From Candidatus Omnitrophota bacterium (GTDB taxonomy: Bacteria; Omnitrophota; Gorgyraeia; 2-01-FULL-45-10), in NCBI GenBank assembly GCA_041661345.1, contig JBAZUO010000005.1, positions 3,977 to 67,976 on the forward strand: a stretch of DNA of 64,000 nucleotides, read 5' to 3'. This document shows, one piece after another, positions 28,605-35,769 of the stretch. Positions within the stretch are counted from its first letter, which is position 1. Each line of letters opens with the position of its first letter. The notes under the pieces are model-generated. The model was not told where the DNA came from. It worked only from the letters and a program-made list of their open reading frames with translations, and did not search any database. Position numbers and translations under genes: made by a program.

Positions 28605-30044
28605 TTAAGCGTTGTTTACAAATATGCGTTTCAAGGAGTCGCCAAGCCGCTTTTTTTTCATTTCTCTGATTATTACACTTTTTAACAAACTCGGACCTGA
28701 TACTAAAAACATGATGACCTCATTAAAAGCGAGGAACTTCACTACGACGAATTTATTTAATATCTTTAAAATCTGTATAGGCGTATAGAATGAAAATTTA
28801 ATTTGTCTGCCTATTTTTTTTAAACTAGCATGGCTATAAATATCCGAATATAGCTCACCTCTGGCGGTAACATGATAGCCGGGCGTATTTTCCGCAACTT
28901 TTCTAAGCGGAGAAAATTTCTCAATGCGAAGCTTCTGGAACGTAATGGAGTCGAGATTTATTTCCTTTGCAAACTTTGCTATATAGAGCATCTCTTTCTC
29001 AGTCTCTCCTATGTTGCCGTAAATAAAGTAGCCGTGATAGTAGATGGGGTATTTTTTCAACACGGCAAAACATCTTCTTATTGCAGATGAGTCAAAACCC
29101 TTGTTAAGCTCAGTCAATATATGATCGTGCGGGGATTCTATGCCTATAAAGAGCATCTTGAAACCCGCCTTAACCATTTTGTCCAGAAGCCTGGGGTGTT
29201 TGCCTATCTCGATGCGAGCTTGTGCCAGGAAGCGTTTTTTTATTCCACGCGCTATTATAAGATCGCAAATCTCTTCCGACCTTTTTATGTCTGTAAAAAA
29301 GTTGTCATCATTAAACAGTATGGTTTTGGCGCGGACCTCCCCTAACTCCCTTACAACAGATTCAACACTACGCGCCGCGTAATCTCTTTTTTGACCTAGT
29401 GGATTCAGATTGAATGTACAGAATTTGCAGTTGAAAGGACATCCTCTGGCACTTAAGACCGAATCAAACGTAAAGTCTGGCAAGTCGATACCGTTTATCC
29501 TCATGTAATATTTATTCCTTCTCAAACTCCGATCCGGCGAACCTATGATATCTACATCGGGTAATGGCCTGTTCGCATTATGAACTATCCCCTGGCTACC
29601 TCTATAAGAGATACCTAAAATATTTTCACGCGGGCTCCCCCTTAATATCTCTTTTATCGTTTCTTCACCCTCACCCCTGACAATAATATCTATCCCTGGA
29701 CAAGCCTTAAAGAGATCATCAACGTCTACCGTAGCTTTATATCCGCCCACAACCAAAGGTATATTATCCGGCAATACGTTCAACAGGTTACATATCTCTT
29801 CATATTGACGATCCCATCCGACACTAACACACACAATATCGATGTTCTTGCGTATAAAATCGATCAATTTACCGGAGTCACACAGCTCTGTTTCGTATCG
29901 CAGATCGAGAAGGGTTATTTTATCCACAAGGCCTTCGGCGCTGGAGGCCACATACTCAAGACCTGTTGGCGGAAATAGCCCCATAATGCTCGTTGCCGTG
30001 TTTTCTATATAAGGGTTTAGAAATAATGCATGTTTATATTTCAT
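28605..30044 (-). CDS. B12-binding-domain (class B) radical SAM enzyme, second copy
   Basis: 479 aa. N-terminal B12-like domain (PPTGLEYVASS..., VVGGYKAT), then SARGCPFNCKFC (CxxxCxxC). Only distantly similar to the 26534 copy. Confidence 0.82.
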   Translation of the reverse strand: MKYKHALFLNPYIENTATSIMGLFPPTGLEYVASSAEGLVDKITLLDLRYETELCDSGKLIDFIRKNIDIVCVSVGWDRQYEEICNLLNVLPDNIPLVVGGYKATVDVDDLFKACPGIDIIVRGEGEETIKEILRGSPRENILGISYRGSQGIVHNANRPLPDVDIIGSPDRSLRRNKYYMRINGIDLPDFTFDSVLSARGCPFNCKFCTFNLNPLGQKRDYAARSVESVVRELGEVRAKTILFNDDNFFTDIKRSEEICDLIIARGIKKRFLAQARIEIGKHPRLLDKMVKAGFKMLFIGIESPHDHILTELNKGFDSSAIRRCFAVLKKYPIYYHGYFIYGNIGETEKEMLYIAKFAKEINLDSITFQKLRIEKFSPLRKVAENTPGYHVTARGELYSDIYSHASLKKIGRQIKFSFYTPIQILKILNKFVVVKFLAFNEVIMFLVSGPSLLKSVIIREMKKKRLGDSLKRIFVNNA

Positions 30045-30096
30045 TCTTATTTCCTATCCGATACCTGTGATTCATAACCATTAACCCGATACTAGT

Positions 30097-30558
30097 CTAT
30101 CGTGACGATTCATGGCCCATACTTTCACGTTTATCTTTATTAGCCTTTCTATAACTTATTTCGTCTTGAGCTAAAATTTTTGCTATCTCTTTATAAATAT
30201 TATTGGCGCTATAATAACCGATCACATCCAAAGCTTTAATAGCGCCTGGCCGATCTACGCTACAGGTAATCTTTGTTCCCGATGCTTCTTGACTTACATT
30301 TATCCGTGCATAAAATGGGGTGCGTCCTGTTAAAAGATTAACACAGGAACCTTGTACAAAAAAGTTGTCCGTGTCTTTCTTTTCTATTTTATATCCTAAG
30401 TTTTTTAATGCACAGCATGAAGCATCAAGCGCAACTTTTATTGGCGCGTTAGTATATATTACGTTAGCAGAGGCGGCATCTTTTGCCGGTCCGGTAGTTG
30501 CACAGCCGGTGATTAGAAATACCCCTAACAATAAAATTGAAAACAGGCTTCTTTTCAT
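30097..30558 (-). CDS. Lipoprotein, unknown function
   Basis: 153 aa. Lipobox LITGC. No recognisable domain. Confidence 0.55.
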   Translation of the reverse strand: MKRSLFSILLLGVFLITGCATTGPAKDAASANVIYTNAPIKVALDASCCALKNLGYKIEKKDTDNFFVQGSCVNLLTGRTPFYARINVSQEASGTKITCSVDRPGAIKALDVIGYYSANNIYKEIAKILAQDEISYRKANKDKRESMGHESSR

Positions 30559-30662
30559 AGCTAACCCCTCTATTTATTTAGTATATCTTCAGGCCCTTTT
30601 GGACACTTTAATATTGCTTGAGTTTACACTAAAAAACAAAACTTAGCAAATCGTTATTGAGG

Positions 30663-30707
30663 AAATAAAAACAAAACCCTACGCAAGTATTTTACCCACA
30701 TAGGGTT
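30663..30707 (-). terminator. Hairpin plus U-run downstream of tRNA-like stub c1
   Basis: Minus strand: AACCCTA-(19 nt)-TAGGGTT followed by TTGTTTTTATTT. Confidence 0.5.
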
Positions 30708-30716
30708 ATGTTTTAA

Positions 30717-30750
30717 TGGCTCCCTGCAGCGAACGAGATCTCAAACTGAC
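30717..30750 (-). other. Degenerate tRNA 3'-end-like stub c1 (…GTTCGCTGCAGGGAGCCA), immediately 3' of the exonuclease stop codon
   Basis: The plus strand TGGCTCCCT... shares its first 9 nt, and 21 of the next 31, with stub c2 at 31448. It resembles the tRNA-Asn 3' end at 32243 (TGGCTCCCCC...CGAAC). Confidence 0.45.
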
Positions 30751-31371
30751 TTATGAGTGTGTTTGGGAGTGCATCTTTCCGTGTAATATACCCTGTAGCG
30801 CGAAATATAACTCTCTGCATACCCATGCATCGGTAGCCGCATATATTATCTGTTCACGCGTAAGAGCCTGTGTATCCCATCGGGAGCACTTCGTCTGTTT
30901 GGATATTCTGAAACCAAACAAGAGAGCGGCCAGACCGCGTACCCCCGCATTTTTTATCCCTGCCTTGTGCGCCATCCCAGCCAGCTCAACGAACCCTGAT
31001 GACCCGAGAGGAAATAGATCGCTCAGTTTTTTTATATCATCATCCACTTTAACGCCGGCTTTCAGCACTTTCTTATCATTCAAAATGCCGGCAATAGGAT
31101 CATAGGATTTTATATGCCTTAGCTGGAATATGTAGACCCGATCAAAGGCTGCAAGCTGGATAACGGAAGGTGGATAGGATTCGCCCTTCTTAAAAGCCGG
31201 CCTCGTCTCTGTATCAAACCCGAGGACTTTTTCACTCGCGATGGACTGCACAGCAGAGTGCATCTTTGAGTCGGAATCTATCACGTGGATAGAGCCGGTA
31301 TACGTTTTACACGGCAGATCATTTATTTCATTTTTTGATATGGCATGCCTGTGCGATGAGTGAGTATGCAT
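30751..31371 (-). CDS. DnaQ-like 3'-5' exonuclease (RNase D / WRN-exo family)
   Basis: GFDTETRP (ExoI DxE), YIFQL and a C-terminal YAATDAW (ExoIII YxxxD). ATG at 31371 is preferred over the TTG at 31377. TATAAT (31385->31380) lies 8 nt upstream, so the mRNA may be leaderless. Confidence 0.75.
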   Translation of the reverse strand: MHTHSSHRHAISKNEINDLPCKTYTGSIHVIDSDSKMHSAVQSIASEKVLGFDTETRPAFKKGESYPPSVIQLAAFDRVYIFQLRHIKSYDPIAGILNDKKVLKAGVKVDDDIKKLSDLFPLGSSGFVELAGMAHKAGIKNAGVRGLAALLFGFRISKQTKCSRWDTQALTREQIIYAATDAWVCRELYFALQGILHGKMHSQTHS

Positions 31372-31408
31372 ATGCAAGGATTATACGCCTGCGGATACCA
31401 GAAAGAAA

Positions 31409-31443
31409 GAAAAATGCCCATCACTAAACAATGGGCATTTTTC
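31409..31443 (-). terminator. Hairpin plus U-run downstream of stub c2
   Basis: AAAATGCCCA-(11 nt)-TGGGCATTTT, with T-rich tracts on both strands. Confidence 0.6.
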
Positions 31444-31447
31444 AAAT

Positions 31448-31487
31448 TGGCTCCCTATGGTGGACGAACTCTCGAACTAGATTATGA
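31448..31487 (-). other. Degenerate tRNA 3'-end-like stub c2 (…GAGAGTTCGTCCACCATAGGGAGCCA)
   Basis: Retains GTTCG and GGGAGCCA of the tRNA-Asn T-loop/acceptor end but cannot fold into a T-arm. Followed, like the genuine tRNA, by its own terminator. Confidence 0.45.
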
Positions 31488-31568
31488 ACGAGGATTATAT
31501 GGTATGTAAGGGGCTTTACGGACTGCTAAATCTCGATTCAACGAAAAAGCAACGATTCGACATATGAT

Positions 31569-32027
31569 TTATTTGAAGAATTTTTTGTTATTCAGTTTCT
31601 TTATATCTGAAATATCGTGTTCCCTTCCTGCTTTTTTCTTTGAGTAAATTAATTCTTTAACACCCAGGATATTTATGGAAATACCACCATATTTTGATTT
31701 TTTACGGCTTTTCCATGCATTCTCGAATTTTATTCCTGATGCGTCCATCAGTATGTCAATTCGGACTGGAGCAACCCCTATTTGGTAAATCATTTTTTTA
31801 TTAGCAAAGTCTTCTTCGGATACACCTTTAAGCGGCGCTCCGAAATCTACTAGCGCTTTATAAAGGCGTTTTGCATTTACCATATCATAACTTGCCCATA
31901 TATCCAAGTCCTTGGTATAGCGCGGCTCGGTATAGAAAGTTACCGCATATGCGCCGATAATCAGATACTTAACCTTATGCCTGTTTAATGTTTTGAACAG
32001 ATCTTTGTAATCTGAGCTTATATCCAC
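31569..32027 (-). CDS. Small nucleotidyltransferase-fold protein (putative toxin-antitoxin-type module component)
   Basis: 152 aa, GTG start. L..H.VKYLIIGAYAV..Y..PR.TKDLDIW is the pattern of the widespread ~150-aa NTase-like family that occurs with a small upstream partner. Confidence 0.5.
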   Translation of the reverse strand: MDISSDYKDLFKTLNRHKVKYLIIGAYAVTFYTEPRYTKDLDIWASYDMVNAKRLYKALVDFGAPLKGVSEEDFANKKMIYQIGVAPVRIDILMDASGIKFENAWKSRKKSKYGGISINILGVKELIYSKKKAGREHDISDIKKLNNKKFFK

Positions 32028-32172
32028 GCTTGTTCCTGATTTTATAAAATTCCTCTACCATCTGCCATAGCGCTGAAAACTTAGTGGTTGTACTGGCGTT
32101 CCTCCAAAACTCGATATTAAAGTCTTCGGCTTTCTTGAATGATGTTGTTTTATTTTCCCATATCTTTTTCAT
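31975..32172 (-). CDS. Small partner protein of the NTase-fold gene
   Basis: Start set to ATG at 32172 (MKKIWENK...). Extended -10 TGGTATAAT (32187->32179) ends 6 nt before the ATG with no SD, so this is a leaderless candidate. Overlaps the NTase gene by 53 nt. Confidence 0.45.
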   Translation of the reverse strand: MKKIWENKTTSFKKAEDFNIEFWRNASTTTKFSALWQMVEEFYKIRNKRGYKLRLQRSVQNIKQA

Positions 32173-32194
32173 GACTACATTATACCATATTCTC

Positions 32195-32233
32195 AACAAA
32201 AAGAGAACGCCCACCTGTTAAAAAGATGGGCGT
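32195..32233 (-). terminator. Terminator of tRNA-Asn
   Basis: Minus strand: AACGCCCA-(13 nt)-TGGGCGTT, then CTCTTTTTG. Starts 10 nt after the CCA end. Confidence 0.6.
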
Positions 32234-32242
32234 TTTCCTGTA

Positions 32243-32524
32243 GTGGCTCCCCCGCGAGGACTCGAACCTCGGACACTCTGGTTACGATCTGACTCCGATT
32301 ACTCGGAGAGTCGGACTATACCATTACCATGGCCTTTTTAAGGCTTTAGGCAGCGAGTCTCTAGTCTCTGCACCTTCCTCGAATCACTATGATCCGGGGC
32401 TTGGCTCAGGATTGACCCAATCGCTTGGGCTTTCCCTGAATTTACCCGCTTTTCACCGCGGCGTTTCCGTCGCAGGCTGCTAACCTCTAACAGCCAGATG
32501 CTCTACCGACTGAGCTACAGGGGA
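32243..32524 (-). tRNA. tRNA-Asn(GUU), split gene: exon 1 32524->32490 (35 nt), intron 32489->32284, exon 2 32283->32243 (41 nt, CCA encoded)
   Basis: The joined exons give UCCCCUG UA GCUC AGUCGGUA GAGC A UCUGG CUGUUAA CCAGA GUGUC CGAGG UUCGAGU CCUCG CGGGGGA G CCA. All four stems pair (one U.G), and the layout is almost that of E. coli tRNA-Asn. Confidence 0.9.
32284..32489 (-). ncRNA. Group I intron, IC3-like, 206 nt, no ORF
   Basis: P1: exon GGCUGU pairs with intron GCAGCC (U.G at the splice site). The terminal nucleotide is G. P3 AGCGGGU/ACUCGCU, P4 UCAGG/CCUGA, P5 GCCCAA[GCGA]UUGGGU, P8 GCCU[UAAAA]AGGC, P9 CUCCGA[GUAA]UCGGAG. The core GAAGGUGCAGAGACUAGA closely matches the Azoarcus tRNA-Ile intron as I recall it. 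Confidence 0.85.
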
Positions 32525-32624
32525 ACGATTTTAAAAAGAACTGCAAAAATTGTATCATACCTCCTATGGCTTTACAAACATTTTCCTTGTCGGAAGCTTC
32601 CCGTCCTTGATGAGGCGGGTTTAA

Positions 32625-34409
32625 TTAAACTGCAGATATGGATGAGTAGGTTGAAACACGGTTCTTTCCCTCGTGCTTGGATTTATATAATGCCTTATCA
32701 GCCTTTTCAATAAGCTCGCCCTTGTCTTTCTCTCCGGAAAATTCCGATACGCCCAGGCTTATCGTCGCAAAATATGTATCATTTTTAAATTTGAACTTTT
32801 TGGACTCTACCGCGGCTCGTATCTTATCCGCGACATCAAATGCCTCTTTCTCCCCCGCGCCCGTAAGCATGACTATGAATTCCTCTCCCCCGTAGCGGGC
32901 CACAACATCTATCTGCCTGCACTTCATCTGCATAGTCTTGGCAACCTCTTTCAGGATAATATCACCCGCCGGATGCCCATACGTGTCATTGATATGTTTG
33001 AAATTATCGATATCAGCCATGATCAGAGATAACCGCCTGGATTTATAAAGCGAAACATTTCGGAATTCCGCCTCGAATAGAAGATTGAAATGCCTTATAT
33101 TATAAAGATATGTAAGACCGTCTCTCGTCGCCTGTTTAAAAAGATGCGCGCGCTCTATAGTCTGCAGGATCTGGGTATATATCGATGTTATGCTGTAGGA
33201 GACAAATATCGCTACGATCGGATAGAAGGTCGAGACCACCACATTAAAAATATCAAATATAGCAAATGAAAAAATCGTATAGACGGCCATGCTTACAAAC
33301 GCGATCAACATGCCGCTCACCAGGCGAAGATTGGATAGATACAAAGTTATCATCACGGATATTATAATTATCAAGAGCATATTGTATCTGCCCGGCAGAT
33401 CATATATAAAATCGTTATTGAGAACGCTATGCGCAACCATTGCGTTTACTCCGACGGCCGGATATGCATTCTGCAGCGGGATGGGTTTTATATCCATAAG
33501 GCCCGATGCGGTGAGGCCGATTATACATATCTTATCTTTGAATTTTTCAAGACCGATGATCGGCTTCTTGCCATTTTTTATTGCCGAGTAGGAACGTATG
33601 ACATCTATGTAGGAATAATGAGGAAATTCCATTCCCCACTTGCCCTTCCAGTTCACTATAAGCTGATTGTCTTTATCAAGCGGCACCCGGACATCATTGC
33701 CCCCGGCCTTTTTAAGAAGCAGCAAGTGTTTCTCCGGAATAAAAGACACGTCCTTCCCTTTTATCCCAAGCGCGTCCAGGCCTACCTTTAATCCAAGCTG
33801 ATATGTGGTCGAGCCTTTGTAAGAAATTATCGGCGGTGCTCTTCTTAAGACGCCGTCTCTGTCCGGGATGGCATTAATATGGCCTTTCCCTTTTGCATTC
33901 TTATCAAGTATTGAAAGCGGCTTCAGAACGGAAGAGATCCCGCCTCCTTTATATATCCGCTCCACATCTTCTTCGTTAAGATTATACAAAAGCGGTAGGT
34001 ACACTTTACCCGACTGTCTGATCGCTTCCGCAAAGACAGTGTCATTAGCTTCATCCTGCGGCTCCGAGAATATCACATCAAAGGCGATTGCTCGCGCGTT
34101 GTTTTCAGATAGTATCTTCACGATGGCGGCATGCCATTTTCTCGGCCATGGCCACCTGCCGATCACGTCGATGCTGTCTTCCGCCATATCAATAAAGATT
34201 ATGTCAGAGGCTGCGGGTTTCGTTGTATGCCTCAGAAGAAAGCGGTAATCTAGGGTGATAAGCTCGATCCTTCCAAAAGCATCGAATTCATACAGAATTA
34301 TTATAATGAGCGCGACGGATAACGCAAGAAACCATCTTATGCTGCGTTTATATTTTATCGCGAGTTCATAAACGGACTCTTTTAAATTACCTAAAACAGA
34401 TAAGAGCAT
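32625..34409 (-). CDS. CHASE2 sensor-domain diguanylate cyclase (GGDEF)
   Basis: 594 aa. N-terminal TM, periplasmic CHASE2 (DIIFIDMAEDS..GRWPWPR), 3-4 TM, and a C-terminal GGDEF domain with RYGGEEF. Confidence 0.85.
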   Translation of the reverse strand: MLLSVLGNLKESVYELAIKYKRSIRWFLALSVALIIIILYEFDAFGRIELITLDYRFLLRHTTKPAASDIIFIDMAEDSIDVIGRWPWPRKWHAAIVKILSENNARAIAFDVIFSEPQDEANDTVFAEAIRQSGKVYLPLLYNLNEEDVERIYKGGGISSVLKPLSILDKNAKGKGHINAIPDRDGVLRRAPPIISYKGSTTYQLGLKVGLDALGIKGKDVSFIPEKHLLLLKKAGGNDVRVPLDKDNQLIVNWKGKWGMEFPHYSYIDVIRSYSAIKNGKKPIIGLEKFKDKICIIGLTASGLMDIKPIPLQNAYPAVGVNAMVAHSVLNNDFIYDLPGRYNMLLIIIISVMITLYLSNLRLVSGMLIAFVSMAVYTIFSFAIFDIFNVVVSTFYPIVAIFVSYSITSIYTQILQTIERAHLFKQATRDGLTYLYNIRHFNLLFEAEFRNVSLYKSRRLSLIMADIDNFKHINDTYGHPAGDIILKEVAKTMQMKCRQIDVVARYGGEEFIVMLTGAGEKEAFDVADKIRAAVESKKFKFKNDTYFATISLGVSEFSGEKDKGELIEKADKALYKSKHEGKNRVSTYSSISAV

Positions 34410-34492
34410 GCCATTTTGCCTGTCTGTTAGAAAAAGAGGGTAGCATACCTCCGCGCTACCCTCTTAGTAAAGAATATGTTGATGAGATGGTC

Positions 34493-34960
34493 TTATTTTT
34501 CAGCTGAAACGCTTACCTTAAAACCCGTTCCCCTCACACCCACAACAGACGTCGGTGTGCGAACTTGAAACTGCGACTCGTTCTTCAGCTGATTGGCTTT
34601 TACGAGTATGTCGCCCATGGCAAGATCGAGAGCTATTTTCTTGTTCGCGACGTCATTCGACGCGACGTAGTCCGTGATCTTCATGTTGCTGTTAGAATCA
34701 ACCCTAACGATAGCATCATCCTGGCCGTTCCCTTTGAACTTAAGATCTACGTAGGAACCTTTCGCGGTCCTTATCGTATCACCCGTGCCAAGACTCATAC
34801 CGAACGATATCGGGTCCCAGCTGCTAGATCCCTGGGACATAACTTCCGCTTTGCCCTGGACATCCGCCACAACGACATCTTTCGTAGCCGCTAAAGACAT
34901 CCCATAACACAAGAGTGAAGCTACTAAAACCAATGACATAACTATAAATGTTCTGCGCAT
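34493..34960 (-). CDS. Secreted FecR-domain protein (usual partner of CHASE2 sensors)
   Basis: 155 aa. Signal peptide, then GDTIRTAKGSYVDLKF...VRTPTSVVGVRGTGF, typical of the FecR/PF04773 beta-sandwich. Confidence 0.7.
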   Translation of the reverse strand: MRRTFIVMSLVLVASLLCYGMSLAATKDVVVADVQGKAEVMSQGSSSWDPISFGMSLGTGDTIRTAKGSYVDLKFKGNGQDDAIVRVDSNSNMKITDYVASNDVANKKIALDLAMGDILVKANQLKNESQFQVRTPTSVVGVRGTGFKVSVSAEK

Positions 34961-35043
34961 TTTACGCCTCCTTTTTCCTCACCATATTAAGTATACCCAA
35001 TATATTCCCCTTTGTCAAGGTAGCCTGCCGATGGGGTTTTATA

Positions 35044-35072
35044 TTGCTTTGGCGGGGCCTAAACAATATAAT
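35044..35072 (+). promoter_or_regulatory. Sigma-70-type promoter TTGCTT-N17-TATAAT for the plus-strand gene
   Basis: TTGCTT at 35044-35049, a 17-nt spacer, TATAAT at 35067-35072. The ATG follows 10 nt later with no SD, so the leader is very short or absent. Confidence 0.45.
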
Positions 35073-35082
35073 ATACTTTTAT

Positions 35083-35769
35083 ATGGGACAATATCACGGC
35101 AAAATAGATTGGGATAGAGTCAGGCTTAACCTGCTAAAGTACGAAAAGATTTGTAATGTCAAAAAGCCGTACGCTAAAAAATCGATATTGGCCTGTATTA
35201 ACAAATGCTTGAAATTGGCCAAATCCAGGGCCGTTCCAAAGATTATTGTTATCAAAAAGAGAATTGCGGGAATTGGCGCCTCGATCAGGCTTGATAGCGG
35301 ACTTGAGCTGTCGACAAGGCAGATATCCTCACTGTTAAAAGGTGCTTCCCATCTATATCTGATAGCGGTTACAATCGGCCCTAGCCTGGAAAAAACAGCA
35401 ACCGAGTATATGAACGAGGGCGATCTTCTGTGCGGATACATCATGGATAGAATCGGTTCGTTTGCCTGCGAATCGCTAGCCGAATTCGTCGAGGAGGATT
35501 TACGTAATGCCTGCATGTGTAAAGGGTTAAGCGTTTCGATGCGCTTCAGCCCCGGTTACTGTGATTTTCCGATAGAAGAGCAGTTCAAATTAAATAGAGA
35601 ACTTGATTTTTCGAAAATAGGGATTTCGATCAATAAAAGCTGCATGATGATACCTAAAAAATCGATAACCGCCATAGTGGGGATCGGGCCAAAAGGGCTA
35701 TTCAAAAAGAAAAGGTCTCAATGTCTTGTCTGCGGCAAAAAAGATTGTAGCTATAAAAGGCAGGATTAA
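35083..35769 (+). CDS. Stand-alone protein resembling the MetH (B12-dependent methionine synthase) activation/SAM-binding domain
   Basis: Start set to ATG at 35083 (MGQYHG...). RFSPGYCDFPIEEQFKLNRELDFSKIGISINKSCMMIPKKSITAIVGIG parallels the MetH reactivation domain (PGYP.CPD......L........G..LTES..M.P..SVSG). C-terminal CLVCGKKDC. Confidence 0.55.
   Translation: MGQYHGKIDWDRVRLNLLKYEKICNVKKPYAKKSILACINKCLKLAKSRAVPKIIVIKKRIAGIGASIRLDSGLELSTRQISSLLKGASHLYLIAVTIGPSLEKTATEYMNEGDLLCGYIMDRIGSFACESLAEFVEEDLRNACMCKGLSVSMRFSPGYCDFPIEEQFKLNRELDFSKIGISINKSCMMIPKKSITAIVGIGPKGLFKKKRSQCLVCGKKDCSYKRQD

Noticed and set aside
23048-32243. Looked for an integrase, transposase, phage or conjugation gene that would make the tRNA-Asn-adjacent block a bona fide mobile island.
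   Set aside because: None of the ORFs shows tyrosine/serine recombinase, DDE or relaxase motifs. The block is therefore reported only as an accessory region with att-like relics, not annotated as a mobile element.
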